Assembly: GCF_963921235.1 (NCBI RefSeq)
Contig: NC_086097.1
Span: 203,610,001-203,674,000, forward strand
From: Mobula hypostoma
Lineage: Eukaryota
DNA length: 64,000 bases
Direction of reading: 5' to 3'
Positions 1 through 11,789 of this stretch are shown piece by piece; the first letter of the stretch is position 1, and every line of letters begins with the position of its first letter. Below the pieces are notes generated by a model. The model ran no database searches. It was not told where the DNA came from and saw nothing but the letters and a program-made list of their open reading frames with translations. A program made the position numbers and the translations under genes.

Positions 1-290
1 CAGTCTCTGACCTGAGGAACACCGATCTCCACAACACATGCAACTCAACCATTGGAATCACTGAGAACATTCGACTGCAGAGTGCACAGGCCTGGACTCG
101 GACTCCTGCCCAGACTCTTCATTTGCTACCTGTGACCTCTAACTACCTCTTATCCCTGTCCCTAAACCGAACCTAACCCCTAACTCCCTACGCTATCCCC
201 AAAACCATCCCAACAATCATAAAAAATCAACTAAGTCTAAGCCATGACATTGATGGACCTCACGATTCAGCGCCAACTTGTCCGGAAGTC
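1..290 (-). mobile_element. Probable 5' end of a LINE or non-autonomous retroelement, truncated by the window edge
   Basis: The minus strand begins GACTTCCGGACAAGTTGGCGC, resembling ETS/YY1-like LINE 5' termini. No coding support. Confidence 0.25.
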
Positions 291-1040
291 AAGAGGCTAT
301 GCTACGTAAGCCGAATTTTTTTTGTTCTGCATGGCTTGAGAACTGTATGGGCTTCATCTTTGCAGTTTTTTACTGTGCAAGCTTGCCTTCTGTGAAGAAT
401 TCACACAATCAAAGTTGCTTTGATTAAATACCATGACTTTAGAGTTGCATGTTGAGAATATGGAGTTTTTGAATCAATGTATCTGATGGATGCAATGTAT
501 GTGATGGATGGCTTCCATTACGAACTCAATAGCAATTTGTACTTAGTCTCATCCACTTGCTTCATTTTGTTTTGAAATCCTAACTACATTATGCCTCTGC
601 AGTCATATTTGAACTTCACATTGGCCAATTACTTAAGCATCTTTTGATGTCATTTTCACAATTTTGGAAACAGAAACTAATTGTAGGACCAATTTGGCTA
701 CATCTAAAGTTCAAATACACCTTTCTTTGTCATTTTGCTTCCTTATCCCAATAATACATCTCATGAGATCAACTAAATTGGAAAACACAGAAAATTTCGA
801 TGGCCATGGCCTGTATGCTTAACATTTAAAATTCTTAACATCAAATCTTCCCACTATTTTCATTCTGAAAGTATTGGTTCAGCTGGGTAGATCTAATGAA
901 CTTGTTTAGTTCTTGGAGATAATAACATTTGTATCTGGCTGAACTGTCAGACAATTGAGTTCTTTTAGTCTGGTTGCACAAATGTGTGTGGCATCTGGAG
1001 GAACTGCTTTTGACTGAAAACCATATAGGTACAATCCTAG

Positions 1041-1241
1041 CCATTCACATAAAATGCTGGAGGAATCCTGCAGGCTAGACAGCATCTATGGAAAAGAGTA
1101 TAGTCGATGTTTCAGGCCGAGACCCTTCATCAGGACCTATACTCTTTTCGATAGATGCTGCCTGGCCTGCTGAGTTCCTCCAGCATTTTGTATGTGCTGC
1201 TTGGGTATCCAGCATCTGCATATTTTCTCTTGTTTGTGAGA
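1041..1241. mobile_element. Penelope-derived foldback element with a hammerhead motif
   Basis: Inverted arms (aaaatgctggaggaa... / ...ttcctccagcatttt), flanked by direct repeat TACAATCCTAG at 1030-1040 and 1242-1252. Homologous to the terminus of the GIY-YIG element at 22944. Confidence 0.85.
1101..1140 (-). ncRNA. Minimal type-I hammerhead ribozyme motif
   Basis: Minus strand reads GUC-CUGAUGA-AGGGUCUCGGCCU-GAAA-CA-UC-GAC. Both core boxes are present; stem I is short. Confidence 0.65.
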
Positions 1242-1734
1242 TACAATCCTAGTGTATCTTTTGGATTTGGTCCAGCTTTGCTGTGCCTTCTGCTATCAGT
1301 CCGAACCTAAGGGTACTTATGATACAGCTCTTGTTCATCTACTGGTTATAGCTCTGGTGAATGTATGGTCATTGGTGCTGGCATGCTAATTGTATTGACA
1401 TTGATTCAATCCTTGTGACTCTATTGGAACTGGCCCAAGTTTGGTGTTTATATTGTAGTGAATGTATTGACCATGATTGAGACCTTGTGTAGGGAATGGA
1501 GACCATCTGTTGAAGATGTTTTAGCACTAATGTATCCACTGGCATTGGTCCAGTCTTGGTAGGTTGAATGGGGCTTGTTAAGATCTGGTAAGTTTGTTGG
1601 TTGTGCTTCATCACCATTGTTTATTTTTGTAATGAATCCATCCCTCTGTGTTCCATTTACAGTTGGCCCAGCCTTGGAGCTTCTATTGGAGCTAATGCAG
1701 TATCGATGTGCCTACTAGAATTAGTCTGTTCATC

Positions 1735-2190
1735 TTGCTGTGAAAGTCCCTGCTGCACCTGATGACCTTGTGATCTCTGTCTCAGAGGCCGATGTTAGAC
1801 TGTCTTTAAAGAGAGTGAACCCTCGCAAGGCAGAAGGTCCCAATGGAGTACCTGGTAAGGCTCTGAAAACCTGTGCCAACCAACTAGTGGGAGTATTCAA
1901 GGACATCTTCAACCTCTCACTGCTACGGGCAGAATTTCCCACTTGCTTCAAAAAGGCAACAATTATACCAATGCCTAAGAAGAATAGTGTGGGCTGTCTT
2001 AATGACTATTGCCCGGTAGCACTCACAGTGACAGTGATGAAATGCTTTGAGAGGATGGTGGTGACTAGACTCAACACTGGTGCACCTCAGGGGTGTGTGC
2101 TTAGCCCACTGCTCTACTCTCTATATACACATGACTGTGTGGCTAGGCATAGCTCAAATACCATCTATAAATTTGGTGACAATACAACCA
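1735..2190 (+). mobile_element. Rex1/Babar-type LINE RT fragment, 5' part
   Basis: ORF 1740-2195 has KAEGPNGVP, NDYCPVAL, GAPQGCVLSPLLYSLYTHD and KFGDNTTI (degenerate FADD). Internal deletion near 2075. Confidence 0.85.
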
Positions 2191-4747
2191 TATAACCATA
2201 TAACAACTACAGCATGGAAACAGGCCATCTCAGCCCTTCTAGTCTGTGCCGAACTCTTACCCTAACCTAGTCCCATCGACCTGCACTCAGCCCATAACCT
2301 TCCATTCCTTTCCTGTCCCTACATCTATCCAATTTAACTTTAAACGACAACATAGAACCTGCCTTAACTACTTCTGCTGGAAGCTCATTCCACATAGCTA
2401 CCACTCTCTGAATAAAGAAGTTCCCCCTCATGTTACCCCCAAACTTTTGTCCTCTAATTCTCAACCCATGTCCTCTTGTTTGAATCTCCCCCACCCTCAA
2501 TGTAAAAAGTCTAACCACGTCAACTCTATCAATCCCCCTCATAATTTTAAACACCTCTATCAAGTCCCCCCTCAACCTTCTACGCTCCAAAGAATAAAGA
2601 CCCAACTTGTTCAACCTTTCTCTGTAACTTAGGAGATGAAACCCAGGCAACATTTTAGTAAACCTCCTCCGTACTCTCTCAATTTTATTAACATCTTTCA
2701 TATAATTCGGTGACCAGAACTGTACACAATACTCCAGATTTGGCCTTACCAATGCCTTATACAAATTCAACATTACATCCCAACTCCTATACTCAATGCT
2801 CTGATTAATAAAGGCCAGCAAACCAAAAGCTTTCTTCACCACCCTATCCACATGAGATTCCATCTTCAGGGAACTATGCACCATTATTCCTAGATCCCTC
2901 TGTTCTAAAGCATTCTTTAAAGCCCTACCATTTACCATGTATGTCCTATTTTGATTAGTTCTACCAAAATGTAGCACCTCACATTTTTCAGCATTAAACG
3001 CCATCTGCCATCCTTCAGCCCACTCTTCTAATTGTCCTAAATCTCTCTGCAAGTTTTGAAAACCTACCTCGTCATCCACAACACCACCTATCTTAGTATC
3101 ATCTGCATACTTACTAATCCAATTTACCACCCCATCATCCAGATCATTAATATATATTACAAACAACATTGGACCCAGTACAGATCCTTGAGGCACACAC
3201 CATCCTCCAATCTGACACACAGTTATCCACCACTACTCTCTGTCGTCTCCCATCTAGCCACTGCCGAATCCATTTCACTACTCCCATATTAATACCTAAT
3301 GATTGAACCTTCCTAACTAACCTTCCGTGTGGAACCTTGTCAAAGGCCTTACTGAAGTCCACATAGGCAACATCCACCGTTTTACCCTCGTCAACTTTCT
3401 TAGTAACCTCTTCAAAAAATTCAATAAGATTTGTCAAATATGACCTTCCACGCACAAATCCATGTTGACTGTTCCTAATCAGACCCTGTCTATCCAGAAA
3501 ATTATATATACCATCTCTAAGAATACTTTCCATCAATTTACCCACCACTGACTTCAAACTCACAGGCCGATAATTGCCAGGTTTACTCTTAGAACCCTTT
3601 TTAAACAATGGAACCACATGAGCAATACGCCAATCCTCCAGCACCATTCCCGTTTCTAATGACATTTGAAATATTTCTGTCAGAGCCCCTGCTATTTCCA
3701 CACTAACTTCCCTCAGAGTCCTAGGGAATCTCTTGTCCGGACCCGGAGATTTATCCATTTTTATATTCCTTAAAAGTGCCAGTACATTCTCTTCTTTAAT
3801 TGTCATACTTTCCATAACTACCCTCCTTGTTTCCTTTACCTTACACAATTCAATATCCTTCTCCTTAGTGAATACCGAAGAAAAGAAATTGTTCAAAATC
3901 TCCCCCATCTCTTTTTGCTCCGCACATAGCCGTCCACTCTGATTCTCCAAGGGACCAATTTTATTCCTCACTATCCTTTTGTCACTAACATAACTGTAGA
4001 AACCCTTTGGATTTATTTTCACCTTACTTGCCAAAGCAACCGCTTATCTTCTTTTAGCTTTTCTAATTTCTTTGTTAAGATTCCTTTTACATTCTTTATA
4101 TTCCTAGAGTACCTCATTAACTCCAAGCTGCCTATAATTATTGAAGATCCCTCTCTTTTTCTGAACCAAGTTTCTAATATCTCTTGAAAACCATGGCTCT
4201 GTCAAACTTTTAACCTTTCCTTTCAACTTAACAGGAATGTAAAGATTCTGAACCCTCAAAATTTCACCTTTAAATGACCTCCATTTCTCTGTTACATCCT
4301 TCCCATAAAATAAATTTTCCCAATCCACTCCTTCTAAATCCTTTCGCATCTCCTCAAAGTTAGCCTTTCTCCAATCAATAATCTCAATCCTAAATCCAGT
4401 CCTATCCTTCTCCATAATTACACTGAAACTAATTGTATTGTGATCACTAGAGCCGAAGTGCTCCCCAACAAATACCTCCGTCACCTGCCCTATCTCATTC
4501 CCTAACAGGAGATCCTCTTCCCAACCATTTTAGTTTAAAGTCACCTCAGTAGCCCTCGCAATTCTCCCTACAAGGATATTGGTTTCCCTATGATTCAAGT
4601 GCAACCCGTCCCCTTTGTACAGGTCACGCCTGCGCCAATAGTGATCCCAATGATCCAAAAACCTGAATCTCTGCCCTTTGCTCCATTCTCTCAGCCACGC
4701 ATTTATCCTACATCTCATTGCATTCCTACTCTCAATGTCGCGTAGCA
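2187..4747 (-). mobile_element. CR1 LINE, 5'-truncated and internally deleted, nested in the Rex1-type LINE
   Basis: ORF2 pieces 4104-4484, 3147-4034 and 2267-3220 (NYRPVSL, QHGF, DFSKAFD, VPQGSVLGP, YADD). ORF1 esterase C-terminus DGLHLN at ~4530-4747. (TTATATGG)-type tail at ~2187-2204. Confidence 0.95.
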
Positions 4748-5638
4748 ATTGTTGGTAGAATCTCAGGTGGTGACAAGAGGGTGTACAGGAGTGAGATATG
4801 CCAACTAGTAGAGTGGTGCTGCAGCAACAACCTGGCACTCAACGTCAGTAAGACAAAAGAGCTGATTGTGGACTTCAGGAAGGGTAAGACAAAGGAACAC
4901 ATACCAATCCTCATAGAGGGATCAGAACTGGAGAGACAGAGCAGTTTCAAGTTCCTGGGTGTCAAGATATCTGAGGATCTAACTTGGTCCCAATATATTG
5001 CTGTAGTTATAAAGAAGGCAAGACAGCGGCTATACTTTATTAGGAGTTTGAAGAGATTTGGCATGTTGACAAATACACTCAAAAACTTCTATAGTTGTAC
5101 TGTGGAGAGCATTCTGACAGGCTGCATCACTGTCTGGTATGGAGGGGCTACTGCACAGGACTGAAAGAAGCTGCAGAAGGTTCTAAATCTAGTCAGCTCC
5201 ATCTTGGGCACTAGCCTACAAAGTACCCAGGACATCTTTATGGAGTGTTGTCTCAGAAAGGCAGTGTCCATTATTAAGGATCTCCAGCACCCAGGGCATG
5301 CCCTTTTCTCACTGTTAGGAGGTACAGAAGCCTAAAGGCACACACTCAGTGATTCAGGAACAACTTCTTCCCCTTTGCCATCTGATTCCTAGATGGACAT
5401 TGAAGCTTTGGACACTACCTCACTTTTTTTTAAATATACATTATTTCTGTTTTTGCTCTTTTAAAAAATCTATTCAATATACATAATTGATTTACATGTC
5501 TATTTATTATTATTATTATGTTTTATTTTATTTATTATTTTTTTTCTCTCTGCTAGATTCTGTATTGCATTGAACTGCTGCTGCTGCTAAATTTCACATT
5601 GCATGCCGGTGATAATAAACCTGATTCTGATTCTGATT
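4748..5638 (+). mobile_element. Rex1/Babar-type LINE, 3' part with tail
   Basis: Resumes as IVGRISGGD, directly continuing GDNTT from 2190. Contains NNLALNVSKTKELIVDFR, FKFLGV and RQRLYFIR. Ends in (CTGATT)3. Confidence 0.9.
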
Positions 5639-6600
5639 GAGTGTTTTGGAGCTGATCCAGTCTTGGTGACTCTGTTGGAATCTTTCCAGTACTGGTGCAT
5701 CTTTTGGAATTGGTTCACATCTGCTGTGTGTATTGGAGTTAGCACATTTCTAGTTATTCTGTTGGATTTGGTCCAGCCTTGGTGACTCTTTCGAAATTGT
5801 TCTAACAATAGTGCACCTACTAGAATTACCAAATTCATGCTGAGTGAAACGTAGTTGGATTAGACTTGGTCTGCCTAGTGGGATCTTTCAGCCCTGGTGT
5901 GCCTATTTTTTTTCAGCGATGTTGATTCAGCCCTGGTACGTGCTGTTGTTATTCGTTATTAGTATTGGTTGGGCCTCACTGTGTGTATTGATTTTTTTAT
6001 CAAAGTGGTGTGTGGTTATTGGAATTCATGCCAACTGATTAACCTTTAGCTGTTGGTCCAGCACTAGTTTTTTGAGTGAATTTGATTCTGTCTATTGGAA
6101 CATTTCTAGTCTTGGTTTCTCCACTGGGTTCACCATGTATATTAGGATTAAAACACTACTGGTGTGTCTAATGCATGTGCTCCAGCCTTGGCATGTCATT
6201 TAGAGTTGCTCCAAAGGTATTTTGTTGATTAAAATTGGTTCAGTTGTGGTATGTCTTTTTGAGCTGAATGTGTCTTAGACTGGGAGTTGGTTCTATCTTT
6301 GTGTATATATTGAAGTTAATTATAACTGTTGGACATTTTGCAGACCGGCTTCTCTACTGGGGTTAGTTGAACATTGGTGTATCTATTGAAAGTAGTTTGA
6401 CCCTCATGTGCCTCTTCAAATTGGACCAAACTTGTTGCTTCTTGTAAATCATCTAGTTTTGGTCAGTGTATTATTATCCAGTTTGGGTGCATGCTCAGTT
6501 CTTGCTAATCTATTAGAATATTTAGTAATATTATTTCAATCAGAATTGGTGTAGTCCTGGTGAACCTAATGGAATTGTTCCAGTCTTGGTGAATGTTTTT
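5639..6600. repeat. Degenerate 29-bp tandem repeat array, segment 2
   Basis: Core at 5646, 5675, 5704, 5733, 5762, 5791, 5820, spaced exactly 29 nt apart. Confidence 0.85.
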
Positions 6601-7279
6601 ATTATTTTGGATTATTATTTTATGGGATCTGAACGTTGCAGGAAAATCTAACATATCATCTCCATTCCTACTTGTCCTTGCCTATAAGAGAGTGGTGGTG
6701 AACTGCCTTCTTAAATCACTGCAGTCATTCTGGTGGAGTACACCAGAGCTAGTGGGTAAGGAGGTTCAAAATATCGACCTCACATGAAGTACCAGCAACA
6801 TACTTCCATATCAGAATGCTGTGTGATTTTGTGGTGAGTCTAGAAATGGTGAATTTCCCGTGACCCCCTTCCTTTGCCCTTCTTGGTGACAGGTTGCAGA
6901 TTGGAAGGCACTATTGGAGCAGTCTACATGAGTAACAGGGGTAAATTTTGTAGCTATTGCATGCCACTGTTGGAAGAAATTGTTGTCGAGGGTGGCTGGC
7001 AAGTAGGTTGCTTTGTTCTGGATGGTCTCAAACAATTATTGGAACTGTGCACATCAAGGTAAATGGAAAATCTCCACACACTTAGTACGTAGATGATGGA
7101 AAGGCTTTGGGGTATCAGAAAGTGAAGAATTTATTGCATGATATCCAGGCTCTGATATGTCTATGTAGCTCTAATAAACAACCCATCCAGTTCAGCTTCT
7201 GGTCAGTGGAGCTCTTTAGGATGTGGTGGCTTATTTGGAGATAATAATACCACTGACTAAGAACATGTGGCAATATTCC

Positions 7280-7508
7280 AAACAACAGGAATTCTGCAGA
7301 TGCTGGAAATTCAAGCAACACCCATCAAAGTTGCTGGTGAACGCAGCAGGCCAGGCAGCATCTGTAGGAAGAGGTGCAGTCGACGTTTCAGGCTGAGACC
7401 CTTCAGTCAGTCCTGACGAAGGGTCTCGGCCTGAAACGTCGACTGCATCTCTTCCTACAGTTGCTGCCTGGCCTGCTGCGTTCACCAGCAACTTTGATGT
7501 GTGTTGCT
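7280..7508. mobile_element. Penelope-derived foldback element, young
   Basis: ~93-bp inverted arms (7312-7404 / 7418-7510, 4 mismatches by eye). TSD TGTGGCAATATTCC at 7266-7279 and 7509-7522. Confidence 0.9.
7408..7445 (+). ncRNA. Minimal type-I hammerhead ribozyme
   Basis: CAGUC (stem I) - CUGACGA - AGGGUCUCGGCCU (stem II) - GAAA - CG - UC, predicted cleavage after 7440, then GACUG (stem I partner). Palindromic ACGU stem III as described for Penelope ribozymes. Confidence 0.8.
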
Positions 7509-7604
7509 TGTGGCAATATTCCCCCTGCTTGGAGATGGTCATTTCCTAGCACATTTTTAGGTACATATATCTCTTGCCATTTAAAAAAACAATGCCTGAA
7601 TGGT

Positions 7605-8350
7605 GATTAGAATTGGACAATCCTTGTGGATTCTAATGGGGTGCCTAGTGGAACAGTCCCAGCCTTGGTGAGCCAACTTGGGCATGCTGTTGGAGTTCAC
7701 TCAGCACTGCTGAGTCAATTGGGGTTGGTGTCATTTCGGTGCCTCTCTTGAATTTGATCTAATTGTGTCTTTTGGAAGTAATTCAGCCTTCCTTGTTGAA
7801 TGTTGGCTCATCCATTGGAAATTTTGCAGCCCTCGTGTGTTTATTGATAGACCTATCCTGATCTCTCTATCTATTGGTTTCTCCCTGGTGAGTACATTAT
7901 AGTCAATCTTGCCCTTGCTTGTCTGTTGAATTTGTTCCAGTCCACGTTCATTTATTTTTGTTGTTCCTATTGGAGTTAGACCAACTCTAGTGAATTAATT
8001 GGAAACAATTCAGACCTAGTGTGTATTCGATGGTACAACCTTTGTATATCTACTGGGATTGGTCCATTGCTTGTGGGTTTATTGGTTCCACTGAGCCTAT
8101 TAGCATCAGTCCATTCTTAGTAAGTCTTCTTTACTTGACCATTGCTAATCTGTTATTTGGAATCTACCCAGTGTTGGTGAGACTATTGGATATAGTCCAA
8201 AGCAATTGGCATTGGATGTCTCTTAGGTGTCTCCTGGATTTGGTCCAGCCCTGCTGTGTCTATTGGAATTGGGGCATCCCTGTCTAGCCTTGGTGTGACA
8301 AATAGTGTGGTGTGTGTTCTGGAATCAATGCAATCAGAGTAGTGTTGGAA
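7605..8350. repeat. Degenerate 29-bp tandem repeat array, segment 3
   Basis: For example TCCTGGATTTGGTCCAGCCCTGCTGTGTC followed by TATTGGAATTGG at 8232-8272. Confidence 0.75.
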
Positions 8351-10669
8351 TGAAATGGAACTTCTCTGTTGGTTGAGGGAAATGCTTGAGCTTAATTTTC
8401 CAGATTTTTAAAAAGCTTGATTATGTGAGCTTGTAACTAGTTAATCTCAATCAGCTAAGAACACATCTGTCCTCTGGCTCTTGAAATGCACTGAATTACC
8501 TAACTGAAATGCATGGTGTCATTCAGGGAGAATCAGACTCTTAATAAAACTGCTTCTTGTCAGCTTAATTCAAAAAATTTGGTTACTGAGCTGATTTCAG
8601 ACATCAGGAAGTGGGAGTTTTTTTTTCCTCTGGTCTAAAATAGAAGCTGAACTTATCTGTGGTGTTTTCATGGAGAGCTTTGATGCAAAGCAGCTGCGCA
8701 TTCTTTAAAGAATATGAATTTATGGATGTAATGTAGAGATGGCTTTTTTGAGTGTTATCTTTGATGAAAGGAAGCAAATAAAACTTGAATAATACACATT
8801 TCAGACTCTGTGATTCTAAAATGCTGATTTCATTTCCACTGTTGCAGACTTCGGAGGTCTGAGCTCAACAGTGCAAATTCCTAGATCACTTAGTGGGTCA
8901 GGTTGACGACATAGTGGCGTTCTACCCCACAGATTGACGAGCGCTAAGATGTCGATTTGCTGTACATGGCAGCCACGCTGGAGCCAATGCACATCTGGAG
9001 TGGAGTAAACTTACTGAGAAACAGGGGCCAGCCTTGGCCTGGGCCATCAGAAAAAGACAGCAGCCACTGAAATCATAACCTCCCCCATTCCTGTCTATTT
9101 CCTTACATAAACATAACTGATCAAGTGGGTACACTCACCCTTTCTTTTACAGCTCTAAAACACAACATTCTTACATGTATTGAAACATTGCAAATATTGT
9201 TAAAAATATTGTTAAGGTCTAGAGTCGCTAAGTAAATCACTTCATTACAGTGTCTGTATTGTGTTAATCTAACAAGGCTGTACTGATATCTTCAGCAGAG
9301 ATTTCAGTTGCTTGGAAAGTGGCTGGAGTGTTTATGACATCATCATGCCATTGGCACATTGTAAGTAAGTAGGCTCTGTTTTCCCACTGACTTCAAAAGG
9401 AAACTTTGTTCTCCTAAAATTATATGTGCATTTTTTTGCCTGTACTTAAGACATTGGAGTAGGTCTATGCTCTATTAATTTGGTTTTTGCTTGTGATTCG
9501 GGTCATAGTATAAGACGACAAGTAAAAAAAACTGTCAAGAGGCACTTTGATTTAAAAAAAAGAGAAACTTTGGCAGCAAAACAATTAGCTCAATTGCTAT
9601 TTCTTATTAAGCTGATTTTGATATTCGCTAGTACATTGAATTAATTAACCGATGAGTTGTTACTAGCAGGTGCTATGCATGGTTTTCGTACAATATGAAA
9701 ATGAAATTCAAGGGAATGAGGCATGGAGTTTCCTGTGGCTGGATGCATAGTGTGCTGTGGACTTTAGTTGTGTGGATCATAGGTTTTGATTTTAAACTGT
9801 ACTGACTGAATACCTTGACCAAAATTACAATGAAGACACTAAATTGCAAATTCCCACTGTAGATTGCTAACCCATGACACAAACAATTGAGTAGGGCAGG
9901 AGAGACAGTATGAGCTACATGTGATGTCCCCTACTCCACCCTGCTGTCGAGCTTCAAAATAAGCAATAGAGCAAGACACACAGCCGTTAGTTTTAGGACT
10001 GGACTTGTGTGTGACTTAAGGTGAGTAAAGGAATAAGGGAAAACAAACTTGTGGCCTTATAGCATTACACAGATGACTCATTGGAGAGTTGGTGTCACTT
10101 GTCTTAGAAAAAGAAGAAAAGATGCAGTTCACCCTTGTGCCCACTGTGGGTCAGTGTCAGAAACAAGAAACAAACATGAGATTATGCAGGAGGTTCACAA
10201 ATCAATGTTTAAGAAATTTACCAAAAGAAAGGAAAAGCAGTCTGAATAAGTCAACCTGTTTTAGGGGCTTCACCATCTTATGAGTCAATGCAAGAACTCC
10301 ATTTATCATCCAGCTGAAGCCATTCTCCCTCCGCGAGTCTCCAAGCTTTGCATGGTGAAGTGGTTGGATGGCCAATCTGTTCAAATTATTCGCACCAAAA
10401 AACCTGATTATTGTCTCCAAAATGGTATTTCTTTGTATTGGTCAGTACTGATAGTGCCAGGATCAAGCCTGCATTTAAGCAAGAATATGCAAAAAGATGC
10501 TTTGGTCCATATTCTATATTTCACAGCTAAAAAAGTTATGTGAACTTTGCTAGCATTCTCCTCTGCGTTGTTCTCCTCAAAGGTGCTTTCTGAATGATGT
10601 GCTCAACCAAAGGCAATTTAATAGAAGTCTGAATAATTATTGATCTGAAGAAGAGTTGGGGGTTTATTT

Positions 10670-11151
10670 GTAGTCTTCTGCTGTTCAAGGTTTGATGTGT
10701 TGTGCATTCAGAGATGCTCCTTTGCACATTACTGTAGTAACACGTGGTTATTTCAGTTACCGTCGCCTTCCTGTCAGATTGAAATAGTCTAGCCATTCTT
10801 CTCTAGCCTCTCTCATTAACAAGGCATTTTTGCCAACAGAACTACTGGTCACTGGATATTTTTCTGCTTTTCACACCATTCTCTATAAACCCTAGAGATC
10901 ATTGTACATGAACATCCCAGGAGTTCAGCAGTTTCTGACATGCACTGCACCATCTGGCACCAACAATCATTCCACAGTCAAAGTAACTTTGACCACATTT
11001 CTTCCCAATTCTGATGGTTGGTTTGAACAACAACTGAATTGCTTGACCATGTCTGCATATTTCTTATATGCACAGAGTTGCTGTCATGTGATTGGCTGAT
11101 TAGATATTTGCATTAACAAACAGGTGTACCTAATAAAGCAGCCACTGAGTG
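10670..11151 (-). mobile_element. Tc1/mariner transposon remnant with one terminal inverted repeat
   Basis: Minus strand starts TA|CACTCAGTGGCTGCTTTATTAGGTACACC. Translation ARLFQSDRKATVTEIT...SISECT resembles the Tc1 HTH region. Confidence 0.75.
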
Positions 11152-11789
11152 TATATGCACAAGAGAAAAAATGAGGGTTCTGGACATAGGTGCCAGTCAA
11201 TTTTGACAAATACCTTGTGAAATCAAAAAGATTCCTAATTATCATTTCTGATATGTTGCCCGCTATTGAACTGTGGAGAAACTTAATCTTACAAACTGAT
11301 CTGTTTTTCAATGAATTGCTGGATTAAGTAGCAACATCATCAAGTACATTAAATGATTAGACCCATGGTATCCACAGCAGATGCCTCTGTCCACTCTAAA
11401 TGAGTGTGTGCATGAATGTAAATTATATATGTATTTAAAGGGCCCTCCAAAAGTAGTCAATCTTAAATTCCTGCATATCATATGGATGATATTTTGTAAG
11501 TTACTTGTGTATCACAGTATGAATAATGCCACTTTTTCACTCATTGGGAATCCATTAAATTTATTTAAACCAGGGCTAGTATTTCCTCAAACATAGCTCA
11601 TTGCAGGATGCTAAATGTAGGTTGTTGTTGGCACTGATACAATTCTTGGCAACTCCTCAAAACACTTGGCCCCAGTAAGTCTGTATTGCAAAACCCTTGT
11701 GAAATTATTAGCAGCTGGCAATCTCCGCATTTTGAAAACTCCTTGGTGCTTTGCCTTTGAAACCAATGATCAGCAATATCAATGATCGA

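Larger units (their letters stand above)
870..1732. repeat. Degenerate 29-bp tandem repeat array, segment 1
   Basis: TTGGA-like core at 1395, 1424, 1453, 1510, 1539, 1568, 1597, 1686, 1715. Approximate consensus TATTGGAATTGGTCCAGCCTTGGTGTGTC. Left boundary is fuzzy. Confidence 0.75.
6615..7600 (-). mobile_element. Old degraded LINE 3' fragment (L2/CR1 group), interrupted by a foldback element
   Basis: Similar to 21740-22170 and to a common elasmobranch LINE 3' region recalled from memory. The 29-bp periodicity is absent here. Confidence 0.5.

Noticed and set aside
5639..6600. 29-bp periodicity as a CRISPR array
   Set aside because: Units are head-to-tail and degenerate with no unique spacers, there are no cas genes, and the context is eukaryotic.
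7280..7508. Foldback as a DNA-transposon MITE or miRNA precursor
   Set aside because: The arms are asymmetric, the TSDs are long and variable, and the sequence is the Penelope terminus.
1369..8287. Short ORFs over the 29-bp array (1369-1617, 5587-5838, 8021-8287) as a repeat protein
   Set aside because: The period is not a multiple of 3, and no long open frame spans the array.
10049..10543. Overlapping short ORFs as a host exon
   Set aside because: No recognisable protein and no convincing splice-site pair.
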